From Bdellovibrionaceae bacterium UBA2351 (GTDB lineage: Bacteria; Bdellovibrionota; Bdellovibrionia; Bdellovibrionales; Bdellovibrionaceae): a DNA stretch of 64,000 bases. Location: the NCBI GenBank assembly GCA_002344565.1, contig DDTZ01000055.1, positions 10 through 64,009 on the forward strand, written 5' to 3'. Positions 28,198-37,119 of this stretch are shown here, piece after piece. The translations under genes and the position numbers were made by a program. The first letter of the stretch is position 1. Each line of letters opens with the position of its first letter. Below the pieces are notes generated by a model. That model was not told the origin of the DNA and did no database searches. It worked only from the letters and a program-made list of their open reading frames with translations.

Positions 28198-28545
28198 TTA
28201 CGCTCTTGGGGGCTGGAAAGGTCCGTCTAAGACAGGGGATTGCTTTGCTGAAAATGAAGCCTCAACTTCGTTAGATGCAATGACTTCCAATAAATCTAAA
28301 CGATCAGTTTTTGCTAAAGCAGTAAATGGGCTACAGCCATTGACTCGATGTTGTGGACACGCACATTCATTACCACAATCAGATTGCTTTTCATCAGCAT
28401 GGCCGCCACTCGAGTGATGGTCTGATGCAGTCGGCGAGTTCGTAGAATGAGAACATGCATGTGAATGATAAGGTTTAAAAAACAACGCCAAAATCAAAAA
28501 AGACATAGAAAGTAGTAAAAAGTTTCTAATTTGCTTTTGGCGCAT
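28198..28545 (-). CDS. Small membrane-anchored Cys/His-rich protein (putative metal-binding)
   Basis: N-terminal TM helix, then HSHACSHSTNSPTASDHHSSGGHADEKQSDCGNECACPQHRVNGC. First gene upstream of the RND pump. Confidence 0.4.
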   Translation of the reverse strand: MRQKQIRNFLLLSMSFLILALFFKPYHSHACSHSTNSPTASDHHSSGGHADEKQSDCGNECACPQHRVNGCSPFTALAKTDRLDLLEVIASNEVEASFSAKQSPVLDGPFQPPRA

Positions 28546-28606
28546 CTGTATCCAATCTATGACTATAGGTTTAGAAAGTCAATTTGGTTGCATCTAACTG
28601 AGACGC

Positions 28607-29392
28607 CTACCAAATTTTTCCTTCTATAGATAAATAAACTAATGTCTGATTCTCTGTACCCGGATTGGCACCGATGGTTGAAGGCATGGCGATGCCAGGA
28701 ACAAGTTGCCACTCACCAACATCGAAACCATAACGTAAACTTGGGCTCACGATGAATTGAGATGACCATTCGGTTTTGTCTTGTCCGATCGTTGCCTCTT
28801 CTTGAGACGATGCAAATTCCAACATGAAGTTAAATGATTCCGTTATTAAATACACATTGCTTAAATTCCAAAAAAAGCGATTGTTGTCTGCAGTTAAGCC
28901 TGCCGCGGTTTTTGCTTTCGGAGTATGAGTTGCGCCCACATTCCAATGTTGCACCCATTGGTCGTTAATCTTTACAGAAGTAATAAGTGATGCTTCGTAT
29001 GCATTTACGCCTGCACCTAAGCCGTCTTCAAATTTTCCGGTAGTAGTTACGTAACTCAGGCGTCCAGTGGTTGTGAACGTATCGTTCCCAAAGAATTCAT
29101 ATCGGTAGTTTAATTTGATATCGCCCATTCCTGTTTTATCAGAGGATTCTAAATAGCTGTACGGAATTTCATAAGAGAACTGGTGTGCGCGTGAAAGGAT
29201 TGGTAATTCGTTGATGAAAACATAAGACCAATCTTTTGTTTTGTTCGATTTTTGGTAGACATTAATAAACTGAACGACACCTGGATCCTGATTGTAGGCT
29301 TCCTCAACTAGAAACGAATTATCTTCTATTGGTTCTGAAAATGACAATAGGCCTAAACATGTTACTAATAAAAACGACTTTAAAAAATTCAT
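28607..29392 (-). CDS. Outer-membrane beta-barrel protein of unknown function
   Basis: Signal peptide, alternating strand pattern and C-terminal ...YLSIEGKIW (aromatic terminus). Confidence 0.5.
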   Translation of the reverse strand: MNFLKSFLLVTCLGLLSFSEPIEDNSFLVEEAYNQDPGVVQFINVYQKSNKTKDWSYVFINELPILSRAHQFSYEIPYSYLESSDKTGMGDIKLNYRYEFFGNDTFTTTGRLSYVTTTGKFEDGLGAGVNAYEASLITSVKINDQWVQHWNVGATHTPKAKTAAGLTADNNRFFWNLSNVYLITESFNFMLEFASSQEEATIGQDKTEWSSQFIVSPSLRYGFDVGEWQLVPGIAMPSTIGANPGTENQTLVYLSIEGKIW

Positions 29393-29457
29393 ATGGCTCC
29401 CCTCAGTAAAAACTTTACCGTTTCTAACCGTTTTTGAGTAGCCAAGTTTTCTTTAAC

Positions 29458-29616
29458 TTAATCTCTGGGCTTACGTACAGCACTCATCATGATACCCAAT
29501 AATCCAATCGTAAAAAATGCGGCGATTAATGGGTCATGCGGATTCATTTTATAAAAACCATAGCCACCGATTAGACAAAGGACTGTGAGTGCTATGATTT
29601 TTAGTCGTTTTATCAT
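29458..29616 (-). CDS. Possible 52-aa two-helix small membrane protein (below ORF-track cutoff)
   Basis: MIKRLKIIALTVLCLIGGYGFYKMNPHDPLIAAFFTIGLLGIMMSAVRKPRD. Lies between the nuclease and the OMP gene. No other support. Confidence 0.2.
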   Translation of the reverse strand: MIKRLKIIALTVLCLIGGYGFYKMNPHDPLIAAFFTIGLLGIMMSAVRKPRD

Positions 29617-29624
29617 CACTACCC

Positions 29625-30707
29625 TTACTTTTTAGGTTCTGCTTTACCTAAGTAATCCGGTGGAATAAATTCCGGAGTGTGTGGATATCTAAAACTTTTG
29701 TAGGCTTGCAATGATGGCGAGCCTGCATTGTGGTAAGACTCGTCCCAAAAGTGAGATAAAACAATTGCAGATCTGGCCATTTGAAGAATGATTATATCCT
29801 TAAATTTTTTGTAGCCTATGTTTGATGGGCTTCGTTCGGCGGCCGTTTTTATGTCCATACCTTTTTCATTTTTAACTTCTGACCTTTTTAGGATGGGGTC
29901 GGCTTTTAAAACGGTTTCGATATCTTTGTAAGATAGAGAGCTTAGATATTGCATGATTTCGATAGGTGTACCCGTCGTTAATTTTTTATCTTTGATTGTT
30001 TTCGCTTTATCTACAATAAGCTTTTCCATATCAGGACCGAAATGAGTTACGACTTGTTCCTCGTAATACGAATGTATCCCGCCGTGACCAGCGCCGTAAC
30101 CGTCAAAATCAACGGTTGCATGGAACGGTTGAGAAGCATCGCCTACAAAGTGTCCCATTAAACCCATGTATTGAATCATATTGAAAACAGATTGATTATA
30201 AGGAAGTTTGTCGTCTTGTTCTTCCTTGAAATTTTTAGGGTTCAAAGTTCCTGAAAAAGACGCCTTTAAATCAGATGCTAATCTATAGAACTGATCGGCC
30301 CTCCACCACAGTGAACCCATCTCCTTTGGAATAGAGAAAATTTTATTTCCATTTTTCTTGTGCTGATTTTCAGTGCCCGTATATTTTTCCATGATGGATC
30401 TAATATCTTTAGGTATTTCAAGAATGGTCATTCCCAAAATTTCAGGATCAATATAGTGAGTAGGGTTGCCGACATCACTCGTGTCAGCACCTAGAGATTT
30501 CCAATAGATATCTGGAATATTGCAAAGATGTCCCAAACTATGCATGCGGTATTGTAAGAACGGTCTAAGCGCATCGTCTTTTATTAGGTGAGTAGCCGAG
30601 ACACAAATTGTATGATGACCTCGATTACCCCAAGACAGCGCGGATTCAGAAAATAAAACTACAAGCGGAAGAATGACTGAAAATTTTAATAAAGATGAAA
30701 TCTGCAT
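29625..30707 (-). CDS. Secreted S1/P1-family zinc nuclease
   Basis: Signal peptide, then a mature N-terminus WGNRGHH (S1/P1 W-G-x-x-G-H), NPTHYID (LHFID in P1) and GHFVGDASQPFH (HFIGDMTQPLH in P1). Confidence 0.7.
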   Translation of the reverse strand: MQISSLLKFSVILPLVVLFSESALSWGNRGHHTICVSATHLIKDDALRPFLQYRMHSLGHLCNIPDIYWKSLGADTSDVGNPTHYIDPEILGMTILEIPKDIRSIMEKYTGTENQHKKNGNKIFSIPKEMGSLWWRADQFYRLASDLKASFSGTLNPKNFKEEQDDKLPYNQSVFNMIQYMGLMGHFVGDASQPFHATVDFDGYGAGHGGIHSYYEEQVVTHFGPDMEKLIVDKAKTIKDKKLTTGTPIEIMQYLSSLSYKDIETVLKADPILKRSEVKNEKGMDIKTAAERSPSNIGYKKFKDIIILQMARSAIVLSHFWDESYHNAGSPSLQAYKSFRYPHTPEFIPPDYLGKAEPKK

Positions 30708-30714
30708 AAAAACC

Positions 30715-30745
30715 TCGATCCTTGATTTATCTTATCAAGGATCGA
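30715..30745 (-). terminator. 12-bp perfect hairpin: likely terminator of the ABC operon, ending 7 nt before the nuclease ATG
   Basis: The reverse strand reads TCGATCCTTGAT-AAGATAA-ATCAAGGATCGA, then GGTTTTT, then the ATG at 30707. Confidence 0.5.
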
Positions 30746-30805
30746 AAAACTCAAGCTTTTATCTCTAAACCAGGCCGAGCTCGCAGCAGAGTCGTTTTTG
30801 AAGGA

Positions 30806-31681
30806 CTATCGCTTACCCAAGAAGGCGGGTGCTTGGCTGCGTCCGAAAAATCCAGCTAACAAGATGATTGTCAAAACATACGGTAGAATCTGAATCCACT
30901 GTACGGGGATGATCACGCCGTTAATAGGAACACCTTGGAGGCGGATCTGAAGAGCATCAAAAATTCCAAAAACAAAACAACCTACTAATGTAGGCACTGG
31001 TTTCCATTTGCCTAAAATCAGCGCGCTTAATGCGATAAACCCGCGACCGCCAGTCATCAAAGGTGAATACGCTGAAGAAAGAAACAAAGATAAGCTCGCG
31101 CCACCTAATGCCGCTAGTCCCCCACATAACAGAACGCTGACCCAGCGAACGCGCTCTACAGAAACTCCGCACGCCGTTAATCCATCGGGGTATTCTCCTG
31201 CGAACTGAATCCAGTAGCCCCAACGTGTTTTAGAAATCAGAAAGTAGATTCCCACAACGATAGCAATGGCAAAGACGGTAACTTCGTATGATAAACGCTG
31301 TTCAAGAGGAATAGCGGGAGTGGATCCCGTTGAGTTAAAGATAAATTTTGTTAAGAAGGGTATTAGTCCCATCATAAGAAAGTTAAAACCAGTTCCGGCA
31401 ACGATAGCGTCAGTTTTTAGACGAACTACCAAAAGACTAAATAATAAACTAGCTAAAGCGCCGCAAACAAATGCTAATGTAAACCCGATGTAAGATGAGT
31501 GAGTCAGATGGGCAAACACTGCGCCAGAGAATGCTCCTGCTAGCATAAAACCTTCCAGACCAATTTGGACCACTCCAGATTTTTCGCTCAATAAACCGGC
31601 TTGGGCTGCAAATATCAATGGGGTTGATACGCGAAGAGCACTCAGTATAAAGCTTAATGAAAAAATATCGATTTCGCCCAC
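30806..31681 (-). CDS. ABC transporter permease (BMP/nucleoside-type, second permease)
   Basis: Multi-TM permease. GTG start 31681 sits directly after the upstream gene's TAA (31685-31683). The longer track start is rejected. Confidence 0.8.
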   Translation of the reverse strand: MGEIDIFSLSFILSALRVSTPLIFAAQAGLLSEKSGVVQIGLEGFMLAGAFSGAVFAHLTHSSYIGFTLAFVCGALASLLFSLLVVRLKTDAIVAGTGFNFLMMGLIPFLTKFIFNSTGSTPAIPLEQRLSYEVTVFAIAIVVGIYFLISKTRWGYWIQFAGEYPDGLTACGVSVERVRWVSVLLCGGLAALGGASLSLFLSSAYSPLMTGGRGFIALSALILGKWKPVPTLVGCFVFGIFDALQIRLQGVPINGVIIPVQWIQILPYVLTIILLAGFFGRSQAPAFLGKR

Positions 31682-31682
31682 G

Positions 31683-32768
31683 TTACACGCTTCCTGATTG
31701 ATTAAACTTTTTTCGCTTGTTGAGCCAGCCAATGTTTACGCCGTATTTGTTTAGGTAGTATTGCAATCCAACTCCAAACAAAACCATGGCTTGGATAATT
31801 TTAGAAAAATCTTTTGTAATGGTTTCCGTTTCAATATCTAAATCACTAGCGCCCTTATGAAATACAGACATTATAAACGCGTTAGCGACAATTCCGATTG
31901 GATGGTTATTCGACATCAAGGCCACCGCGATTCCCATAAACCCAAATTCAGGAGAGAAGCCGATTTTATATTGGCCACTGTAGCCGATTACTTCATTCAT
32001 ACCGGCGCCGCTAGCTAAAACCCCAGACAATACCAAACTTAAAACGACGAATTTTTTTGACGAGATCGAGGCGCGTTCCGCAGCTGCAGGATTTTCGCCA
32101 ACGGCGATCATTTCAAAGCCCAGTGCAGACTTCGTAAAAAAGAAGTACATCGTTATAGCCGTCAGAATGGCAACAATAAAGAATACATTCACCGGTGATT
32201 CTGGAAGTAACTTATTTAAAAAATCAAATGAGTTAGTCCGGAAGGCATCCGCGATCACGGCGCTTTCAGGGTTTTGGGAGTCGGGGTTTTGTAACTGATG
32301 TGAAATAAAATAGCTAGAAATGCCGGCTGAAACAAAGTTAAGCATCATTGTAACGATGACTTCGTGACTTCCGCGATACGCTTTTAATAATCCTGGAATA
32401 GCACCCCAGATGGCGCCAGCTAATATACCAACCAATAGTATAAGTAGTAAACTTCCCGGGAAAGTAACTCCCGGATACGTCGTTGCAAATACCACCATAC
32501 TGATTGCACTGAAGTTCAGTTGTCCCTCAGCACCAATATTAAACAAGCCAGATTTGAATGCCGTTGACACCGAAAGCCCCGTGAAAATTAACGATGTCAT
32601 ATAGAATAATGTTAAACCGAAGTCGTACTTGCTGCCAAAGCTGCTGCGAACCAAAATTTCCAAAATGTGGAGAGGATTTTCACCGGCAAAAAAAATGATC
32701 ATCAGAGCGCAAGCCAAACCAAATAAGAAGCCAAAAAATGATTTCACAGTACGACTCCTAACATACAA
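31683..32768 (-). CDS. ABC transporter permease (first permease)
   Basis: Multi-TM permease. An alternative GTG start at 32747 forms a GTGA overlap with the ATPase stop. Confidence 0.8.
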   Translation of the reverse strand: MYVRSRTVKSFFGFLFGLACALMIIFFAGENPLHILEILVRSSFGSKYDFGLTLFYMTSLIFTGLSVSTAFKSGLFNIGAEGQLNFSAISMVVFATTYPGVTFPGSLLLILLVGILAGAIWGAIPGLLKAYRGSHEVIVTMMLNFVSAGISSYFISHQLQNPDSQNPESAVIADAFRTNSFDFLNKLLPESPVNVFFIVAILTAITMYFFFTKSALGFEMIAVGENPAAAERASISSKKFVVLSLVLSGVLASGAGMNEVIGYSGQYKIGFSPEFGFMGIAVALMSNNHPIGIVANAFIMSVFHKGASDLDIETETITKDFSKIIQAMVLFGVGLQYYLNKYGVNIGWLNKRKKFNQSGSV

Positions 32769-34264
32769 CGACCAATTTCCTTTTCAGAGAAGCCAGAACG
32801 AATATGTTCGCCAATGATTTTTCCGTTACGAATAACTAGGATGCGGTCAGATAGTTTCAATAGTTCATCTAGTTCACTTGAGATCAAAAGGACGCCTTTT
32901 CCTTTTTCTTGCGCTATAATTAACTGTTCATGAATTAACTCAATCGCGCCGATATCCACACCGCGAGTCGGGTGGGCGGCAATAATAATTTCCGGGTCAT
33001 GAAATAGCTCGCGAGCCACTACAATCTTTTGCTGATTGCCACCAGAGAATGCATTAAAATCCAAGTTGATATTATTAGGTTCGACTTTAAATTTATCGAA
33101 CATGCTTTGAGTCAGATTTTTAATCTTTTTCCAGTCCAAAGTTCCTTTAGAGAACCATTTGGGCTTACGTTGATAGCCAAGAATGAAATTTTGAAATGCC
33201 TTTAAGTCTGGTAATACGCCCAAGCGCAAGCGGTCTTCCGGAAAAACACCAATTGCTAAGTCTCTAGCGCCATACGGCCCAAGAGACTTAGCGTCTTTGT
33301 CCAAAATTGTGATTTTTCCTGAATAATTAAAACGTTTTGAGTTCAAAATAAACGGAATCAGCTTTTCTTGACCATGTCCTTCGATGCCAGCGATGCCCAG
33401 AATTTCGCCTCGATGAAGTTTGAAATTCAAAAGATATTCTTTGTTGTTCTCTGTGAACTTTACATTTTCTAGGTCGAGAACTACGCTTGGATCTGGATAC
33501 TTTTCGAAAGAACGCTTTTCAAATGAAACAGGTTTGCCAACCATTTTAGACGCCATTTCTTTTTCGTCTAGTTCAGTCGCAGGGTATGTTCCCACGAGTT
33601 GGCCTTTGCGAAAAATGGTGATCGTGTCGGCTATGCGTTTAACTTCCTTAAGTTTATGCGTAATCAGAATAACTGTCTTGCCTTGTTTCTTAAGCTCTAG
33701 CAATTGATTCAATAACTCATCAATTTCATGTGGGGTTAGTACAGCGGTAGGTTCATCGAAAATTAAGATCTGATTGTCTAGACAAAGTAGTTTTAAAATT
33801 TCAATTTTCTGTTGGACTCCAACGCCAAGATCCTTAACTGGCGTGTCCCATGGAATATCAAATTTGTATAGCTTTGCAGTCGCTTTGATTTTTTCAATTT
33901 TTTCTTTCTTGAAGTAGAGTTCGAACGCATTTTGTTTGGGGTCTACCAACAAAACATTTTCAAGCGCCGTATGTGCCGGACTTAGCATAAAGTGCTGGTG
34001 AACCATCCCAATTTTGAACTTCATCGCATCGATCGGCGACGAGAAACGAACATCTTCAGAGTTTACCTTGATAGCTCCCGCATCAGCGGTATAGATCCCG
34101 AAAAGGATCTTCATGATAGTGGATTTACCGGCCCCATTTTCACCTATAATGGCATGTATGGTATTTCGATGAATAGAGAACGAAATATCGCGATTGGCCC
34201 ATACATTACCAAAGCGCTTTCCTATGTTTAAAAATTGAATTTCCGCGTTCGAATTAGTTTCCAT
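32744..34264 (-). CDS. ABC transporter ATP-binding protein with duplicated ATPase domains (sugar/nucleoside CUT2 type)
   Basis: Walker A GENGAGKST, the LSGG-type signature FSGGNQQK and Walker B ILIFDEPT. 506 aa two-domain layout. Confidence 0.9.
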   Translation of the reverse strand: METNSNAEIQFLNIGKRFGNVWANRDISFSIHRNTIHAIIGENGAGKSTIMKILFGIYTADAGAIKVNSEDVRFSSPIDAMKFKIGMVHQHFMLSPAHTALENVLLVDPKQNAFELYFKKEKIEKIKATAKLYKFDIPWDTPVKDLGVGVQQKIEILKLLCLDNQILIFDEPTAVLTPHEIDELLNQLLELKKQGKTVILITHKLKEVKRIADTITIFRKGQLVGTYPATELDEKEMASKMVGKPVSFEKRSFEKYPDPSVVLDLENVKFTENNKEYLLNFKLHRGEILGIAGIEGHGQEKLIPFILNSKRFNYSGKITILDKDAKSLGPYGARDLAIGVFPEDRLRLGVLPDLKAFQNFILGYQRKPKWFSKGTLDWKKIKNLTQSMFDKFKVEPNNINLDFNAFSGGNQQKIVVARELFHDPEIIIAAHPTRGVDIGAIELIHEQLIIAQEKGKGVLLISSELDELLKLSDRILVIRNGKIIGEHIRSGFSEKEIGRCMLGVVL

Positions 34265-34329
34265 TGGCGCTTTCTAGGGTTTGTTTTAAGTCTACATAAA
34301 CAAACCCTAACGTGAATTAGGATTTCAAA

Positions 34330-35313
34330 TTACTTTTTTTTCATTAAATAAAAATCAGGAACTTTGATTTTACCTTCGATAATTTCGATTTTAATTTTCT
34401 CTAATTTTTTAATATCCTCGCCAGAAACAAGCTTTTCATTATGCTTATCCATAGCGTAGTCGATGCCTTTATCTTTCAATCCATAGCGAACGATACCTGA
34501 TGTGAATTTGCCGTCTTTTAAATCTTTGATCGTAGCGTATACGCCTTGATCCACGCGCTTAAGCATTGAGGTTAAGATAAATCCAGGCTTCATCCAGTTC
34601 TGATTACTGTCTACGCCAATAGCTAGTTTCTTTTTCTCTTCAGCAGCATCGAATACACCCGAATTTGAAGCGCCAGCCGCTACGAAAATAATATCTGCAC
34701 CTTGTTGGAATTGGTTCAATGCTAACTCTTTTGCTTTTGCCGGGTTATTCCATGAATCAGCTGTGATGCCGATATAGTTTTCCAAGACAGTGAATGATTT
34801 GTCGAAATGTTTTACACCGGCTTCATAACCCACGGCAAATCGACGAATCAAAGGAATATCCATTCCACCAATGTAGCCAACTTTCTTTGTTTTAGACTTC
34901 ATCGCAGCTAGATAACCAACAACAAATGAACCCTGGTGTTCTTCAAACATTAAGGATCTAACATTAGCAGCCGTTACTTCACCGTCCACAATCACAAATT
35001 TTGTGTTTGGATTTTGTGCGGCGACTTTTTTAACGGCGTCTTGTTGTGCGAAGCCAATTCCGATCACTAAGTCGAATTTTTTCTTTGCGAATTGACGATG
35101 TAAATTTTCAATCGAATTCACATCCGTGGCTTCGACATACTTAAGTTCAATACCTAAATCTTTTTCTGCTAAACTCGCGCCCTGGTAAGCAGCAGAATTA
35201 AATGACTTGTCTTCTTTCCCACCTTTGTCCAGGACTAGACCTATTTTTAACTTTTCCGCAGTTTGCCCCATTGAGGCAATTAGCAACACCATCATTAGCT
35301 TTTTTATAAACAT
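34330..35313 (-). CDS. BMP-family (Med/PnrA-like) periplasmic substrate-binding protein, probably nucleoside-binding
   Basis: KIGLVLDKGGKEDKSFNSAAYQGA is typical of the Bmp family. Signal peptide without a lipobox Cys. ATG 35313 preferred over the TTG at 35325. Confidence 0.8.
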   Translation of the reverse strand: MFIKKLMMVLLIASMGQTAEKLKIGLVLDKGGKEDKSFNSAAYQGASLAEKDLGIELKYVEATDVNSIENLHRQFAKKKFDLVIGIGFAQQDAVKKVAAQNPNTKFVIVDGEVTAANVRSLMFEEHQGSFVVGYLAAMKSKTKKVGYIGGMDIPLIRRFAVGYEAGVKHFDKSFTVLENYIGITADSWNNPAKAKELALNQFQQGADIIFVAAGASNSGVFDAAEEKKKLAIGVDSNQNWMKPGFILTSMLKRVDQGVYATIKDLKDGKFTSGIVRYGLKDKGIDYAMDKHNEKLVSGEDIKKLEKIKIEIIEGKIKVPDFYLMKKK

Positions 35314-35469
35314 TTGATTTTCCAAGGTTATTAGGTTTTAGAGCGCTGTTTCTAGACCTTATATTTAAAACTTTAGACTGGGTCAAAGTATTAATTGAAC
35401 TATTATCTGGCAAATTGGTTTAAAGTAATGTAAACCTAGTATAGCGTTTATTTTTATTTGGAGGTTAAG

Positions 35470-36219
35470 ATGAACGAAACTTTATTACTCTCTGGAGGCT
35501 ACAATAGGCCCAACCTCGGATCGGGACCTTCGTTTAGCAATCCATCGTCTGGTAGTTTTATGCAATCGTTCGATAAAGCCAGTGAAATCCCCTATGAAAT
35601 TATTCATGTAAAAGAAGGGGATGTTATTTTTAAAGAAGGCGAACAAACCCGCGGACTTTTTTATGTTCAATCGGGATGTATCAAAATGTATGTTAACCGC
35701 AGCCAAGCACGCGGGCGTACGACGACACCGGAATATGTAACCAAACTAGTTGGTCCCGGCGAATACTTTGGATACAAAGCCTTGGTTAAAGGCGGCACAT
35801 CGTTAGCGACTGCGAAAGCGATCAAAACATCAACTGTATGGTTGTATTCCAAGGACATGATCTTAGCAGCACTTCAAGATTCCAGTCCTTTATTTAAGGT
35901 ACTTTTGAATCAAGCTGTATTTGATTTGCAGTCTTACGAGACGACAAGTCAGCTTCATTACCTAGCATCGGTGCAAGAAAGAATTGCGCATCAGTTAGTA
36001 GTTCTTGGTGACAAGTTTGGTGTACAAACACCAAATGGTGTGTCGATCAATTTGAAACTAACACGCAATGAATTTGCTCAGCTAGCGAGTACAATTAATG
36101 AGTCTTTGTCCCGTCATTTGACCGAATTCAAATCCGAAGGTTTGATCGATCTGAACGGGAAAGAGATCATAATTAAGAACCGTGATGGCTTGATTGCAAA
36201 ATCTGGAAACCATAAATAG
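35470..36219 (+). CDS. Crp/Fnr-family transcriptional regulator
   Basis: cNMP-binding beta-roll (GDVIFKEGEQTRGLFYVQSGCIKMY) and a C-terminal HTH (LTRNEFAQLASTINESLSRHLTEFKSEGLI). ATG 35470 follows GGAGG. Confidence 0.75.
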   Translation: MNETLLLSGGYNRPNLGSGPSFSNPSSGSFMQSFDKASEIPYEIIHVKEGDVIFKEGEQTRGLFYVQSGCIKMYVNRSQARGRTTTPEYVTKLVGPGEYFGYKALVKGGTSLATAKAIKTSTVWLYSKDMILAALQDSSPLFKVLLNQAVFDLQSYETTSQLHYLASVQERIAHQLVVLGDKFGVQTPNGVSINLKLTRNEFAQLASTINESLSRHLTEFKSEGLIDLNGKEIIIKNRDGLIAKSGNHK

Positions 36220-36321
36220 CCGACGATAGGCTATAAAAAGTTCCAGCTCGAAGGCCGTCCATCAATGCCCATGGGAATTTTCTCTATAGAAAACAGAAAC
36301 TATGCTGTATAGATAATTTCC

Positions 36322-37032
36322 ATGGGAATAACCATAGAGCCAATTGGGGTTTTAGAATCCTGTTATTTAGATAAATTCGGCACGCCTCGACAGCCGGGGC
36401 TTGTGCCGACTTCATTTGGTCGCATCCGTGTTTTTCCTGAGTGGCAGCCAGCCGATTCATTGCAGGGTTTAAACGAGTTTTCGCATATTTGGGTTCTGTT
36501 TCATTTTCATCAGAATCAAGTTTCAAGTTTTAAAGCGAAAGTTCATCCCCCTCGTATGGGCGGAGACAAAATCGGTGTATTTGCCACGCGTTCTCCTCAT
36601 CGTCCAAATCCTATTGGATTATCGCTGGTAAAGTTAGATAGAATTCAAGATGGCTATATTTACATATCGGGAATCGATATAGTGGACGGAACACCTGTGT
36701 TGGATGTGAAACCGTATCTGAGCTATGTGGAATCTATTCCCGATGCTGTTTCTGGTTGGGTTCAAAAGAAAGTCGACGGCGAGATTGAAGTCAGTTTTCC
36801 ATCTCACCTGGAAAATAAAGTCATCGCCATCGAACGAAAGCATCCTAAGTTTAAGGACCTTGTTGTAAGTACCCTAAAGCTTGATCCAAGGCCGACAGTA
36901 TATAAAGGATACGAGTCTGAAAAAAACTCTCCGTATCGCCAAACCCACGCTGTAAGAATTATCCAATACGATATTCATTTTGAATTTATTTCCAAAGAAC
37001 AGATACAAGTTATCGATATAATTGATCTTTAA
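36322..37032 (+). CDS. trmO: tRNA (t6A37-N6)-methyltransferase TrmO (TsaA/YaeB family)
   Basis: DKFGTPRQPGL, FSHIWVLFHFH, RSPHRPNPIGLSLVKL and GTPVLDVKPY. Confidence 0.85.
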   Translation: MGITIEPIGVLESCYLDKFGTPRQPGLVPTSFGRIRVFPEWQPADSLQGLNEFSHIWVLFHFHQNQVSSFKAKVHPPRMGGDKIGVFATRSPHRPNPIGLSLVKLDRIQDGYIYISGIDIVDGTPVLDVKPYLSYVESIPDAVSGWVQKKVDGEIEVSFPSHLENKVIAIERKHPKFKDLVVSTLKLDPRPTVYKGYESEKNSPYRQTHAVRIIQYDIHFEFISKEQIQVIDIIDL

Positions 37033-37119
37033 AGATCAGTGCCGCTTTTTTACCACTTGGGTATTGCGTATTTTTGTCGCACATTTTATAGTGCGCGTTA
37101 TAAACGTATAAGGGGTCGT

